Source: Candidatus Aenigmatarchaeota archaeon (GTDB lineage: Archaea > Aenigmatarchaeota > Aenigmatarchaeia > Aenigmatarchaeales > JAHLMS01). From it: 54,441 nt of DNA. Position 1 is the first letter of the stretch; every line of letters starts with the position of its first letter. The stretch is taken from NCBI GenBank assembly GCA_018920245.1, contig JAHLMS010000001.1, positions 9,431 to 63,871 of the forward strand, in the 5' to 3' direction. This document shows, piece by piece, positions 42,486 to 51,106 of this stretch. The notes beneath the pieces were generated by a model. That model did not search any database and was not told the DNA's origin. It saw only the letters and a list, made by a program, of their open reading frames with translations. Both the position numbers and the translations under genes were made by a program.

Positions 42486-43340
42486 CTATTTTGTTTTAAC
42501 CTTGACAGTGAAAGAATTGTCGAGGTCGTATTTATAGTTTGCTGTAATACTTAGCGTGCCGGTGCTTATCGGCCTGTCTGTTGTTGTTTGGAATGTGCAT
42601 GTAAGCGAAGGTGCCACCTTATTGATGAAGTTAAGGTCACGATCGAGTATTAGCTCATTTCCTTTCGGCTTGTAGCCGTCACAATCTCCTTTCAAGTTAT
42701 TGGGAAGCGTTATTCTTATCGAACCCTTGGGCAATTTGTCTATGAAACCTCCCCCGGTGTCTGCAATATCGATATACATGTACACCGTAGTGTTGTTCTC
42801 CCATGGAAGTGGATCACTGAAGCGCAGCGTTATTGTTACAGGATTTGTCGAGGCGGTTGTTGTGCCTGCCATTGCTGCCAGCGTGCCGGTCTGCTCGCGT
42901 GTGTAGTATTCCGTGCTTGATAGTACATTGATATCCTGGATTATTGTGGCATTGCTCTCCCAGCTGACCTTGAACTTTATGTTGCAGTCGCGCTCGAATT
43001 GCGTTGTTTGTGAAGACCATCTCCATGTCCATGTCTGTGTACGATTTTCCCGCAGCTCATCAAAATGTTTTGTCGCATCACCACTGAACAGGCACTGATC
43101 ATAGACATTTATATTGACATTCCAGAGCCTGTTTGTGGTTTGTTTGTTTGTGATGTTCCATGTGACCGATATATTGCGACCACCCTTCACTTCTGCAGGA
43201 AATGCAACTACTTCCACATTCATGTCTGGATTTTCAACATGTGTTTCACCAGGTATACCGACCTGTTGCCTGCCAAAAGGTAGCTGAACGCAGGCAGCCA
43301 CAACAAGAATGGCAAAAACTAGCAATGCTACTTTTTGCAT
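42486..43340 (-). CDS. Secreted or lipobox-like beta-rich protein, paralogue family member (cluster gene 6)
   Basis: The N-terminus is MQKVALLVFAILVVAAC and the C-terminal signature is ITANYKYDLDNSFTVKVKTK. Confidence 0.55.
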   Translation of the reverse strand: MQKVALLVFAILVVAACVQLPFGRQQVGIPGETHVENPDMNVEVVAFPAEVKGGRNISVTWNITNKQTTNRLWNVNINVYDQCLFSGDATKHFDELRENRTQTWTWRWSSQTTQFERDCNIKFKVSWESNATIIQDINVLSSTEYYTREQTGTLAAMAGTTTASTNPVTITLRFSDPLPWENNTTVYMYIDIADTGGGFIDKLPKGSIRITLPNNLKGDCDGYKPKGNELILDRDLNFINKVAPSLTCTFQTTTDRPISTGTLSITANYKYDLDNSFTVKVKTK

Positions 43341-43375
43341 GCCTATAATGCTTCAAATAGACAAATAAATCTATG

Positions 43376-44332
43376 CTACGGCTTTATGTCTACGCTTAGT
43401 TCTCTTATCAAGTCATACCTGTATTCCAGACTGGAGAAAACATAATATTCCTTTGTTTCTGGGACATCCGATTCAGATGGCATCTTGAAACCGCAACGTA
43501 TCTCGAAGGTCTTCTTATCAGCACCTACGAGATCAATCGTCCTCTTGTTCTTGTAGAGCTTGTAGCCTGGTTCTGTCCCGGCATCTATGAACTCATCTCC
43601 ACAGTTGTCCTGCAACGTCCACGAATCCGGTGCCTTCAATATGAGCTTCTTTTCAGGTACCGCAAGATAGGTTCCAGCACCTTTGTTCTGCACCTGTATC
43701 GATATGTAGAGCGTGCTGTCGGTGCGTGCGGGCATAGCGCTAACCGCCGCCATGTATATCTTTATCGGTCCGCGACCGATATCGGTTGTGGGCGTGTATG
43801 TCGGTGCCTGGCCGGCTGTCTGCAGTGCACGCAGCCTTGTAGCGCTTATAACCTCAACACTAGTCGAGGTTGAAGCTGTGAAATAGTAGTTGACTTTGTA
43901 TTTGACAGGACACCTTCCTGGTAGGTTTCCGAGCTGTGCTGCAGAAGGTGCAACAAGGACTACATCGAGCGGCTTTGACTGACCGGGTCCCATCTTTCCA
44001 AGATTTTGTATGTACTTGCTGCCTAACTTTGTCCAACCAGTTATTTTTGATTCATCACACAAGCCCCAGTCGTACAGCTCTGCATTGACAGACGGTACAG
44101 TATTAATGTCATCCACGTTCTTTACCTCAAACGAGACCGTGAACTCATCGCTGGCGAGCACGGGTGGTGTAGGCACTATGTTTTCGTTCTGTACGACAAT
44201 TATGTCCTCGGGTGCCTCTCTCACTTCGCCCGCTTGTCCGAAAAGGCTCTGGAACGGACCGCCCACACAACCTGCAACAAAAATTGTTATGAGCACAGCA
44301 AACAATAAACCGAATATTTGCTTTCTTGCCAT
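43376..44332 (-). CDS. Lipobox-bearing secreted beta-rich protein, paralogue family member (cluster gene 5)
   Basis: The N-terminus is ...VLITIFVAGCVGG and the C-terminal signature is SSLEYRYDLIRELSVDIKP. Confidence 0.55.
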   Translation of the reverse strand: MARKQIFGLLFAVLITIFVAGCVGGPFQSLFGQAGEVREAPEDIIVVQNENIVPTPPVLASDEFTVSFEVKNVDDINTVPSVNAELYDWGLCDESKITGWTKLGSKYIQNLGKMGPGQSKPLDVVLVAPSAAQLGNLPGRCPVKYKVNYYFTASTSTSVEVISATRLRALQTAGQAPTYTPTTDIGRGPIKIYMAAVSAMPARTDSTLYISIQVQNKGAGTYLAVPEKKLILKAPDSWTLQDNCGDEFIDAGTEPGYKLYKNKRTIDLVGADKKTFEIRCGFKMPSESDVPETKEYYVFSSLEYRYDLIRELSVDIKP

Positions 44333-44371
44333 TTTCTCACTCTTCTCTATTCATTTTGCAAATATAAAACC

Positions 44372-46543
44372 TTATCCTCCTATGGGTGCCTTAATCATTG
44401 GCAGCTGTATCTCTGAAACAGCTGTGTATGTGTAGTCTACAGTGCCGCGGAAGCCTAGCGTCTTGCTTTCCAGGTCTTCCAACGTGTATGTGAACCTGAA
44501 GGCGTATGTCGCAGTCTTGTCTGGTTGCAGGTTGTTGATGTTGCAGCTCACGGTCTTGTAAAGAATGTTACCAACAGTGTCTATGCTATCTGTACAATTG
44601 CTCAAACCGCTCGGCGCACCCACATTCCTTATGCCATCAAGGGTTATGCCTGTGAGCGTCGAAGGCAACCAAAGCTTGAGCGTGCCTCCAGTTACATTGC
44701 CCCTGCCTGTGTTCGTTATCGATATCCGGCCGAATGCCTCTTCTCCTGAACGCAACGGCTGGTCCTGCACATAGATGCCAACCTTCACAGGACCGCCGCT
44801 GTACCGCGACTCTGAATTGAACAGCTTTATCTGATTGTTGAGCAACTTCCGGTTGAACACATCTTTGTTCATAACTTCGATATTATCCATGCTCACGTTC
44901 GATGTGTAGCTGAAGCTGTAGCTTAATGGGAGTATAATTGTCCAGTCTGCATAGCTGTATATAAGTATGCCTGGGTCAGGACAGTAGGTTTTTACCTCTG
45001 TGGGGTCCGTGCATGTCCTTTTCTTGAAAACATAACAGTCAGACTGGCAATTACCAATCGCGTCCTTGCAGTCGCCCTCACAGAGGTTAGGATATTCAGA
45101 CGTATCAACAGGTGCAAAGCAGTCGCATATCCTCATGGTATTGGCCCAACCAGAATTATAATCGCCTTTCTTGCCACACTGGAATGTCAGCGACTTGACA
45201 TCACCAGGTGGACTGTTTGGCCTTTCGCTCTTCCATTCGCATGTGCTGCCAGAGTTCTTGCCTGTATCAGCGCCTGTGCATGATGTGAACTCACAGGCAT
45301 CAAAGGCTAGAGTCACACGACCCCAATCTGGGTGTGCTACAGAAATGTTCCTTGGGTCTATGAGCTTCAGCTGTCCGAACGTGACAGCGATGTTCCGTGC
45401 AGTGAAACAGCCCTGGTTCTCAAGCTTGACGCTGCCTATTAGCGGGATTGTTGGATCGATGTTCGGCACTGCTTCGACATAGTTTATAGCCTTGAACTCG
45501 GTCTGTTCTATAGCCTTAACAGTACCACCTTCGATAAGTTTTGCATTAGCTTCCTGTTTTCGCCTTTCCTGCTCGGCATAATAGCATGAGGGACAAGTCA
45601 ACAACATTTTGGCATCCGATAGGGACTGCCCTACTGACGAGAAAACCTCTCCCATGGGCTGTCCAATTGTTGAAATGGCGGTATTGACCTGCGGCCACCA
45701 AGCACCGAATACTGAGCTACCTATTACGCCTGTATATTGATATGAGAATGCCATTATTGCTAAGAAGAGAATTATTAATCCTATGTATGGCCTGCCCTCA
45801 GGACCTGCGAAGTAGCCCATGATTATGCCAAGGCCGAATATAAGTGACAAAACCCATCCTAAAGCTGCTGTCGTCGGTCCCAAGACCATTTGGATAACAG
45901 GTATCGCTCCTGCTAATGCCAGACCGAGGAAGACTGCATTGGCCCTGTTCTTGCTCTGCTCTCCGGGCGCCCAACCTGTGGGTTTTGTGGATTTTTCGAA
46001 AATATAAATCTCTACCTTTCGGCCGACCTCCACTGGTATCTTGAGCGGCAGATTGACATAATAGGCTGCAGTTAGCAAGAACAAGGCTATAGCGGGGTTG
46101 ACTATTGCCAACGTTATGCCACCACCAACAAGAACGAAGAATATCAAAGATCCGTATATTCCAAGACTTAACCACGGCTTGCCTTTTGCAAATAAACCAA
46201 GTACTATGAAAAGCGGCACGAAGATGAGGATAGAGACTATGCTACCAATGAGCGCGTCGAATGTGCCCTGTAGAATGAAGTAAAAAACTATCGCTATTGC
46301 GAGGCCAAGAATCGTGCGTACCCAAGCGCTCGCTGCCTTGTGTGGTTCATCCTCGCGGTAACTTCCTGGCAACATGAAATAGCCGACAAAGAGCGTTGCC
46401 AGGCTGAGAATAGGATATATCATATAAAACTGCCATGCGACCAGCACTATTGCGAGCACCAGGATGAAGTCGCGCAGTATCATCGCGGCTATGACACCAC
46501 CATGTATCTTCATCGGCTCTTGGTACAATGCTTCATAATCCAT
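44372..46543 (-). CDS. Large polytopic membrane protein (about 9-10 TM) with a Cys-rich extracytoplasmic C-terminal half related to the cluster paralogues (cluster gene 4)
   Basis: The N-terminal ~330 aa are hydrophobic helices. The C-terminal ~390 aa have many Cys (CEFTSC, CDCF, CEGDCKDAIGNCQSDC) and end VDYTYTAVSEIQLPMIKAPIGG. AGGTG lies upstream of the ATG. Confidence 0.6.
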   Translation of the reverse strand: MDYEALYQEPMKIHGGVIAAMILRDFILVLAIVLVAWQFYMIYPILSLATLFVGYFMLPGSYREDEPHKAASAWVRTILGLAIAIVFYFILQGTFDALIGSIVSILIFVPLFIVLGLFAKGKPWLSLGIYGSLIFFVLVGGGITLAIVNPAIALFLLTAAYYVNLPLKIPVEVGRKVEIYIFEKSTKPTGWAPGEQSKNRANAVFLGLALAGAIPVIQMVLGPTTAALGWVLSLIFGLGIIMGYFAGPEGRPYIGLIILFLAIMAFSYQYTGVIGSSVFGAWWPQVNTAISTIGQPMGEVFSSVGQSLSDAKMLLTCPSCYYAEQERRKQEANAKLIEGGTVKAIEQTEFKAINYVEAVPNIDPTIPLIGSVKLENQGCFTARNIAVTFGQLKLIDPRNISVAHPDWGRVTLAFDACEFTSCTGADTGKNSGSTCEWKSERPNSPPGDVKSLTFQCGKKGDYNSGWANTMRICDCFAPVDTSEYPNLCEGDCKDAIGNCQSDCYVFKKRTCTDPTEVKTYCPDPGILIYSYADWTIILPLSYSFSYTSNVSMDNIEVMNKDVFNRKLLNNQIKLFNSESRYSGGPVKVGIYVQDQPLRSGEEAFGRISITNTGRGNVTGGTLKLWLPSTLTGITLDGIRNVGAPSGLSNCTDSIDTVGNILYKTVSCNINNLQPDKTATYAFRFTYTLEDLESKTLGFRGTVDYTYTAVSEIQLPMIKAPIGG

Positions 46544-46554
46544 TAAAACACCTA

Positions 46555-47004
46555 TTACTCGAAGAATGGCGGCTTCTTAACCTCTTCTTCCTCCTCTTCT
46601 TTCTCTTCTTCCTCTTTTTTGGGTTTCCTTACTTCTATGACTATGTGCTTGACATAGTGCTCCTCGGCCTTTTGCATCAGCTCATCAGCCGATGGAATAA
46701 TACTCCTAAATCCCAAAAGTAGCAGCGCAGCACCGAGGAGCGGGAAGCCGAAAATCGCTACCAGCCCACCCACAAGAACGAAAATGAAAAGTTCGAGCCA
46801 TCTGGCCTTCAGAAGTTCCTTGCCAATTCCTGTCAAGTGCTCGCGTTTGAGCACGTAAACTGGTACTTTGGCCTTTTCCGACCCTTCTTTCGTAGGTGCG
46901 GCTGGCCGGGGTGGTACACCATGGCGAGACATATGCTGCTCGTAGTTCGATACATCAGATACATCAACTTTCTCCTCACAGATTGGACATTTAATAATCG
47001 GCAT
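46555..47004 (-). CDS. C2H2/Zn-ribbon N-terminus, two TM helices and an acidic Glu/Lys tail (cluster gene 3)
   Basis: MPIIKCPICEEKV...YEQHMSRH, then LELFIFVLVGGLVAIFGFPLLGAALLLLGF, then KKEEEEKEEEEEEVKKPPFFE. Confidence 0.5.
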   Translation of the reverse strand: MPIIKCPICEEKVDVSDVSNYEQHMSRHGVPPRPAAPTKEGSEKAKVPVYVLKREHLTGIGKELLKARWLELFIFVLVGGLVAIFGFPLLGAALLLLGFRSIIPSADELMQKAEEHYVKHIVIEVRKPKKEEEEKEEEEEEVKKPPFFE

Positions 47005-47090
47005 TGCTATCGTTTACAAATAGCACTCACGGGGTTAAAAAGTTATCATGTGCTGGGCCATTTTTATTTCACGTACATCAAAATGCTAAA

Positions 47091-47204
47091 TTAAAGGCTT
47101 CGCACAGGCCAGCCGCCTGGCGGCTTTTTCATACCGCAGTTAGGGCACATATTCTTGTAAATTTCAATGGCGTTCCTGCAACGCACACAATAGCTCTCAG
47201 ACAT
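47091..47204 (-). CDS. 37-aa Zn-ribbon protein (cluster gene 2). Below the ORF-track cutoff.
   Basis: My own translation is MSESYCVRCRNAIEIYKNMCPNCGMKKPPGGWPVRSL. GAGGTG lies 6 nt upstream of the ATG. Confidence 0.45.
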   Translation of the reverse strand: MSESYCVRCRNAIEIYKNMCPNCGMKKPPGGWPVRSL

Positions 47205-47213
47205 CCTAACACC

Positions 47214-48011
47214 TCATGTAAAATAAATGATTATCTCGGCGCTGTCAATGGTGTATCTTGTGCCAGCCGGGGCTGATATCTTGATATAGTTGGTGCCCAC
47301 GACAAACTTGTCAGGCGTGAAGTCCTTGACAATGTTCATGCTAGTGCCCATGTATATGTTCTCATTATTCAATGTTACATTCAGCTGGCCTGTGCCCTCC
47401 CTGCGCTTGACATTCATCACCAGCCTGCCCTTTGTTGCAAGCGCCACATCCTTGCTCTCAAGCGTGAAGTTGAATGATTTCTCCAAAGCACCCTTCCAGT
47501 TCACGGTCGCGTTCGCGGTGAACTTGTAAATTGTCGGCGCCCAGAAGCGCCAGCCACTGGACTCAGCCTTTATCTCGAGCAAGTTCTCTTCTTTCAATAA
47601 ACCTTGACCGAAGACAATCGAATGGTCACCCGGATAGGCATAATCATTATACAGCTCCTGTCCGTTCAAGGCTACGATGAGCCTGCCGTAGAGATTCGAA
47701 TCGTTTACATGCAGTATCACATGGCCACCTGTCACGGATGCCGGGTCAGATATCAAGAAGCTGTAGGCCTTGTCCTCGCCAGAGAGCAGGCCGCGGCTGA
47801 CGGTACCGGAGATGTTCGCAACAGGCAGCTCAGCTGAAACGTAGCCTACTGAAAAGTTGCCACTGATGGGTATGTGCCTATACTCTTCTGTAAGCCCACC
47901 GCCAACATGAGGCTGCGGCGAAGGCGGTACTGTGACCACTGCGCCGAAAGCCAGCAGCAGGCCAGCAAATATCAGCACTGCTACAATAAGGACCGGAATG
48001 AACTCAGGCAT
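47214..48011 (-). CDS. N-terminally anchored beta-rich extracytoplasmic protein (cluster gene 1)
   Basis: It has a TM helix (FIPVLIVAVLIFAGLLLAFGAVV), then a Pro-rich linker and a beta-rich domain. I prefer the ATG at 48011 over the TTG at 48017. Confidence 0.5.
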   Translation of the reverse strand: MPEFIPVLIVAVLIFAGLLLAFGAVVTVPPSPQPHVGGGLTEEYRHIPISGNFSVGYVSAELPVANISGTVSRGLLSGEDKAYSFLISDPASVTGGHVILHVNDSNLYGRLIVALNGQELYNDYAYPGDHSIVFGQGLLKEENLLEIKAESSGWRFWAPTIYKFTANATVNWKGALEKSFNFTLESKDVALATKGRLVMNVKRREGTGQLNVTLNNENIYMGTSMNIVKDFTPDKFVVGTNYIKISAPAGTRYTIDSAEIIIYFT

Positions 48012-48049
48012 GTGCAATATTAAATACAGGCATGCATAAAAATGTTAGC

Positions 48050-49060
48050 ATGCGCTCGACTTTCGACCTCAAGCATAATATAGCCAAGCTCACACCTGAG
48101 GACAACGATGACGTCTGGCTGTTACATGATATCATTATTCCTGGCACGCTTGTCACTGCCAAGACAGAGCGCAGCGTCCAGGTGGAAAGGGGTGATGGTG
48201 CGGAGGTTGTTGGTCGGAGACCTGTCACACTTACGTTGCTTGTGGAAAAGGCGGAAATGGCAGAGCGGTTGCGACTTACTGGAAAAATCGTGGAGGCGCC
48301 ACCTGACATAGGCAAAGGCTACCACAGCATTGATGTCAAGCCCGGAACGTTCCTCACCGTGCAGAAACCGTGGAAAACCTGGGAAATAAACAAGATAAGG
48401 GCTGCTGCAAAAAAGGCCGAGCCTGTACTGATTCTTGTTATGGATGAGCGGGATGCCGATATATGGCTACTTACAGACAGGGAGAAACATATTCTGCACA
48501 TATCCGGCCCAGGGCTTTCAAAGGCCGAGGGTGTTTCACGCAAGCCGGAGTATTTCGGCAGCATCGCATCAGCATTGAAGCAACACAGTGGGAATGTAAA
48601 GCATGTTATAATCGCTGGCCCAGGCTTCACGCGGGAGGAGTTTGCAAGGTTCATCGCAGAGCGTGAAAAATCGTTGGCAGAAAAGACGATACTTGATGCC
48701 GTAAGCCACACAGGCGAGCCTGGGCTTGTAGAACTGCTACGCAGAGGCACGCTCGAAAGACTGAAAGCAAGCAGTCGTGTGGAAGCCGAATCGAGGGCTG
48801 TTGAAAACCTGCTAACAGAGATAGGCAAAGATGGATTGGCCGTTTATGGTGTTGAACAAACAAAACAAGCGATAGAGGCCGGCGCTGTCGAACTATTGCT
48901 CGTTTCGGACAAAAGAGTCCGTGAGCTTGCCGAAGTGATGGAAGCAGCTGAAAAAACACGAACAACTGTCATGATAATCAGCTCCCAGCATGCTGCAGGC
49001 GAACGGTTGCTGGGCATGGGTGGCATAGGCGGTATATTAAGATATCAATTGAAATATTGA
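48050..49060 (+). CDS. Pelota (Dom34) ribosome-rescue / mRNA-surveillance factor
   Basis: It has the eRF1-like three-domain pattern, with the C-terminus VELLLVSD...AGERLLGMGGIGGILRY. The ATG at 48050 lies about 25 nt downstream of ATTAAATA, suggesting a leaderless transcript. The ORF is open from 48032. Confidence 0.8.
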   Translation: MRSTFDLKHNIAKLTPEDNDDVWLLHDIIIPGTLVTAKTERSVQVERGDGAEVVGRRPVTLTLLVEKAEMAERLRLTGKIVEAPPDIGKGYHSIDVKPGTFLTVQKPWKTWEINKIRAAAKKAEPVLILVMDERDADIWLLTDREKHILHISGPGLSKAEGVSRKPEYFGSIASALKQHSGNVKHVIIAGPGFTREEFARFIAEREKSLAEKTILDAVSHTGEPGLVELLRRGTLERLKASSRVEAESRAVENLLTEIGKDGLAVYGVEQTKQAIEAGAVELLLVSDKRVRELAEVMEAAEKTRTTVMIISSQHAAGERLLGMGGIGGILRYQLKY

Positions 49061-49070
49061 TGGGATTCAA

Positions 49071-49457
49071 ATGGCAAAGAAACCTTTCAGGCATGCGCTT
49101 GTAAAGCACCATCTGCCAGGCATGCGCAGCGCAGTACTGGGTGTGGTGTTAGCGATTCTAATAATAATTGCTGCTACCAGCTGCCCTGTGAAAGGAATAG
49201 AGCTTGGCGTATGCAGTGCTAGTTTCATTTTGCTGGCTGTGCTTGCTATTCTTTTTATCCCAAAACAGGTGCGCCATCTCTGGCATACTATCGAGCACTC
49301 TGACATGCTCTATGGTATAACAGCAATTGGTACGGCAGTGGCTGCGCTGGTGTTATTGCCACTGAACGCAATCATGCGTCTCACTGCTGCGGTCGCAATC
49401 TTCGTTCTGCTAATGCTTTTCAAGTGGGCCATGGACAGAACGTTCAAGTCGCGCTGA
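49071..49457 (+). CDS. Small membrane protein (hypothetical)
   Basis: It has three to four hydrophobic helices. Confidence 0.4.
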   Translation: MAKKPFRHALVKHHLPGMRSAVLGVVLAILIIIAATSCPVKGIELGVCSASFILLAVLAILFIPKQVRHLWHTIEHSDMLYGITAIGTAVAALVLLPLNAIMRLTAAVAIFVLLMLFKWAMDRTFKSR

Positions 49458-49533
49458 TTTGTATATGAAAAAAAATTATATTGGAAAACGCCAGAGAATG
49501 AATATGGCAAATTCCTGCTCGAGAAATTCCTCA

Positions 49534-50010
49534 TCAAGGGCCCTGAGTAGCGAACACCATTACTGCGTCCCACTCTGATTCAGTTTTAACTATAAAGCTT
49601 TCTTTGGGTATTAGTCCGTGAAATTTATCAGTAAGCTCCTTAAGCTTTCTCTCACAGTTCCATTTGTTGCACGGTAGGGTCACGATGAGTTTTCCTTTCG
49701 GTGAAAGAACACGCACGAGTTCATCTGGGTTTTTCAATAGGTGAATTGTATCGATGCAGAAGACTGTGTGGAACCTTCTGCTTTTGAACGGCATCTCATC
49801 CCCGCTAGCAAGGACACGGGGTCCGGAGAACTTTTTAAGATATTCTGGATTGTTGTCAAGCGCTATCGCAAATATTCTTTCTTCAAGAAAGCCTGGTCCC
49901 GAGCCCACATCAAGAGTAGTTCCAGAAACTTTAACCCTCTCAAGTATCTGCCTTATCTTTTCGCGTTGGGTTTTGGCCATCCATTTGGTATAGAGCTTCC
50001 TGCATATCAT
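49534..50010 (-). CDS. Class I SAM-dependent methyltransferase
   Basis: It has motif I TLDVGSGPGFL, and later LSPKGKLIV. Confidence 0.65.
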   Translation of the reverse strand: MICRKLYTKWMAKTQREKIRQILERVKVSGTTLDVGSGPGFLEERIFAIALDNNPEYLKKFSGPRVLASGDEMPFKSRRFHTVFCIDTIHLLKNPDELVRVLSPKGKLIVTLPCNKWNCERKLKELTDKFHGLIPKESFIVKTESEWDAVMVFATQGP

Positions 50011-50639
50011 ATATCAAACACGAAAACAAGTGCTGCCACTACGTATCCGAAATCTTCCGGAACTTTGTCCCAACCCTTAATTTCGAATCTGAAAAACTTT
50101 GATGCATTTTCCTCAAGGTACTTCAGAAACTCCCGCTCAGGGCTCTTCCAGCCGTCGAAATGCTTTCCGAGCGCTGCCTGCTGTTCAGCCCATTCCTTGC
50201 GGTTCATGAGCAGCTCAGATGGGTTGTTTGGATTGTATATCATCAGATTTTCAGCCTCAGCCATCTGGATAAGGGAGAGCATTAGCGTCTCCTTGACGGC
50301 GCGCTCCTCCTTGTGTCCGTGGTCCTCGACAACGTACGCCTTCTTTACCATGCCATCCTTGTTTCTCATGTAGCACCAACCGACTCCGGCTGCGATGCTG
50401 CAACCCTTTGTTCCAAGCTCCTCTGCCATCACACAGAACGTTATGGCGCTGTGCGGTATTGTTGGTGGGTTGCTGAGCTGTACGGCATCCGGATCGAGCA
50501 CAGAGCTGACAGGAACGAGATTGCACTGATTGATATGAGCCTTAATGAAGGCTTCCTGAACCGTGCCCTTCTTGGTTTCTCCGCTTGCACGGCCACTCGT
50601 CACAAAGAACTTTTTTGCCACAGGCATCCAAAAATTCAT
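50007..50639 (-). CDS. pdaD: Pyruvoyl-dependent arginine decarboxylase-like protein (PdaD) with a C-terminal insertion
   Basis: FFVTSGRASGETKKGTVQEAFIKAHINQCNLVPVSSVLDPDA parallels the PdaD N-terminus and its self-cleaving SS site. There are about 45 extra residues before the last strand. The start is uncertain among 50663, 50639 and 50627. Confidence 0.6.
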   Translation of the reverse strand: MNFWMPVAKKFFVTSGRASGETKKGTVQEAFIKAHINQCNLVPVSSVLDPDAVQLSNPPTIPHSAITFCVMAEELGTKGCSIAAGVGWCYMRNKDGMVKKAYVVEDHGHKEERAVKETLMLSLIQMAEAENLMIYNPNNPSELLMNRKEWAEQQAALGKHFDGWKSPEREFLKYLEENASKFFRFEIKGWDKVPEDFGYVVAALVFVFDI

Positions 50640-50785
50640 GCCAACAGAATGATTGCGGTCCAATATAAATATTTCATCCGAGCGTTGTTATATCGACATC
50701 GGCCACATTATAGTTGTTGTAATCTTGGTGTTGGTGACAGCGGCAATAATAGAGACGTTAATACTCAGCACAGTCTTCTGAGAAG

Positions 50786-50927
50786 TGGTGGACCGGGCGG
50801 GATTCGAACCCGCGAACTCTACCAGACGGGGCAGAAACGACCTTCAGTCGTCATTCTGTTTGCCAAGGTAGCGTCAGTGCAGCAAGACAGCCTTAGGCCG
50901 TCATTCGTTTCCACTAGACCACCGGCC
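50786..50927 (-). tRNA. tRNA-Ala(GGC) with two introns: about 30 nt in the D-loop and about 36 nt at 37/38. CCA is encoded.
   Basis: The acceptor GGGCCGG/CCGGUCC carries the Ala identity pair G3:U70. The anticodon stem is CUACC/GGUAG with loop UUGGCA..., and the T arm is GCGGG-UUCGAAU-CCCGC. The intron hairpins are GACGGCCUAAGGCUGUC and CAGAAUGACGACUGAAGGUCGUUUCUG. Confidence 0.7.
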
Positions 50928-50962
50928 CGTGAACGAATTGTTTTCGCAGAATATTTAAATGC

Positions 50963-51070
50963 TGGTGGGCCGGGCAAGATTCGAACTTGCGATATCCACC
51001 TTTCAAGGCAATGACGTGCTTTGCACGTCTACCTGTAAGGGTGGCGTCTTAACCGCTGGACCACCGGCCC
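50963..51070 (-). tRNA. tRNA-Val(UAC) with an intron of about 32 nt at 37/38. CCA is encoded.
   Basis: The acceptor is GGGCCGG/CCGGCCC, the anticodon stem is CCACC/GGUGG with loop CUUACA..., and the T arm is GCAAG-UUCGAAU-CUUGC. The intron hairpin is GACGUGCAAAGCACGUC. Confidence 0.75.
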
Positions 51071-51106
51071 GATAGATTATTAAGTGCTCGATGTTTAAAA
51101 ACTATC

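Noticed and set aside
46561-46625. A polypyrimidine/polypurine low-complexity tract (ctcttcttcctcctcttctttctcttcttcctc)
   Set aside because: It is explained as the coding sequence for the Glu/Lys-rich tail of the 149-aa Zn-finger membrane protein. It is not a separate repeat element.
48017-48049. The upstream starts in the ORF track for the cluster's first gene (TTG at 48017) and for pelota (ATG at 48032)
   Set aside because: The divergent intergenic region is only about 38 nt if the inner ATGs (48011 and 48050) are used. TATA-like ATTAAATA/TTTAATAT elements sit in it, and the outer starts would leave no promoter space. The choice remains uncertain.
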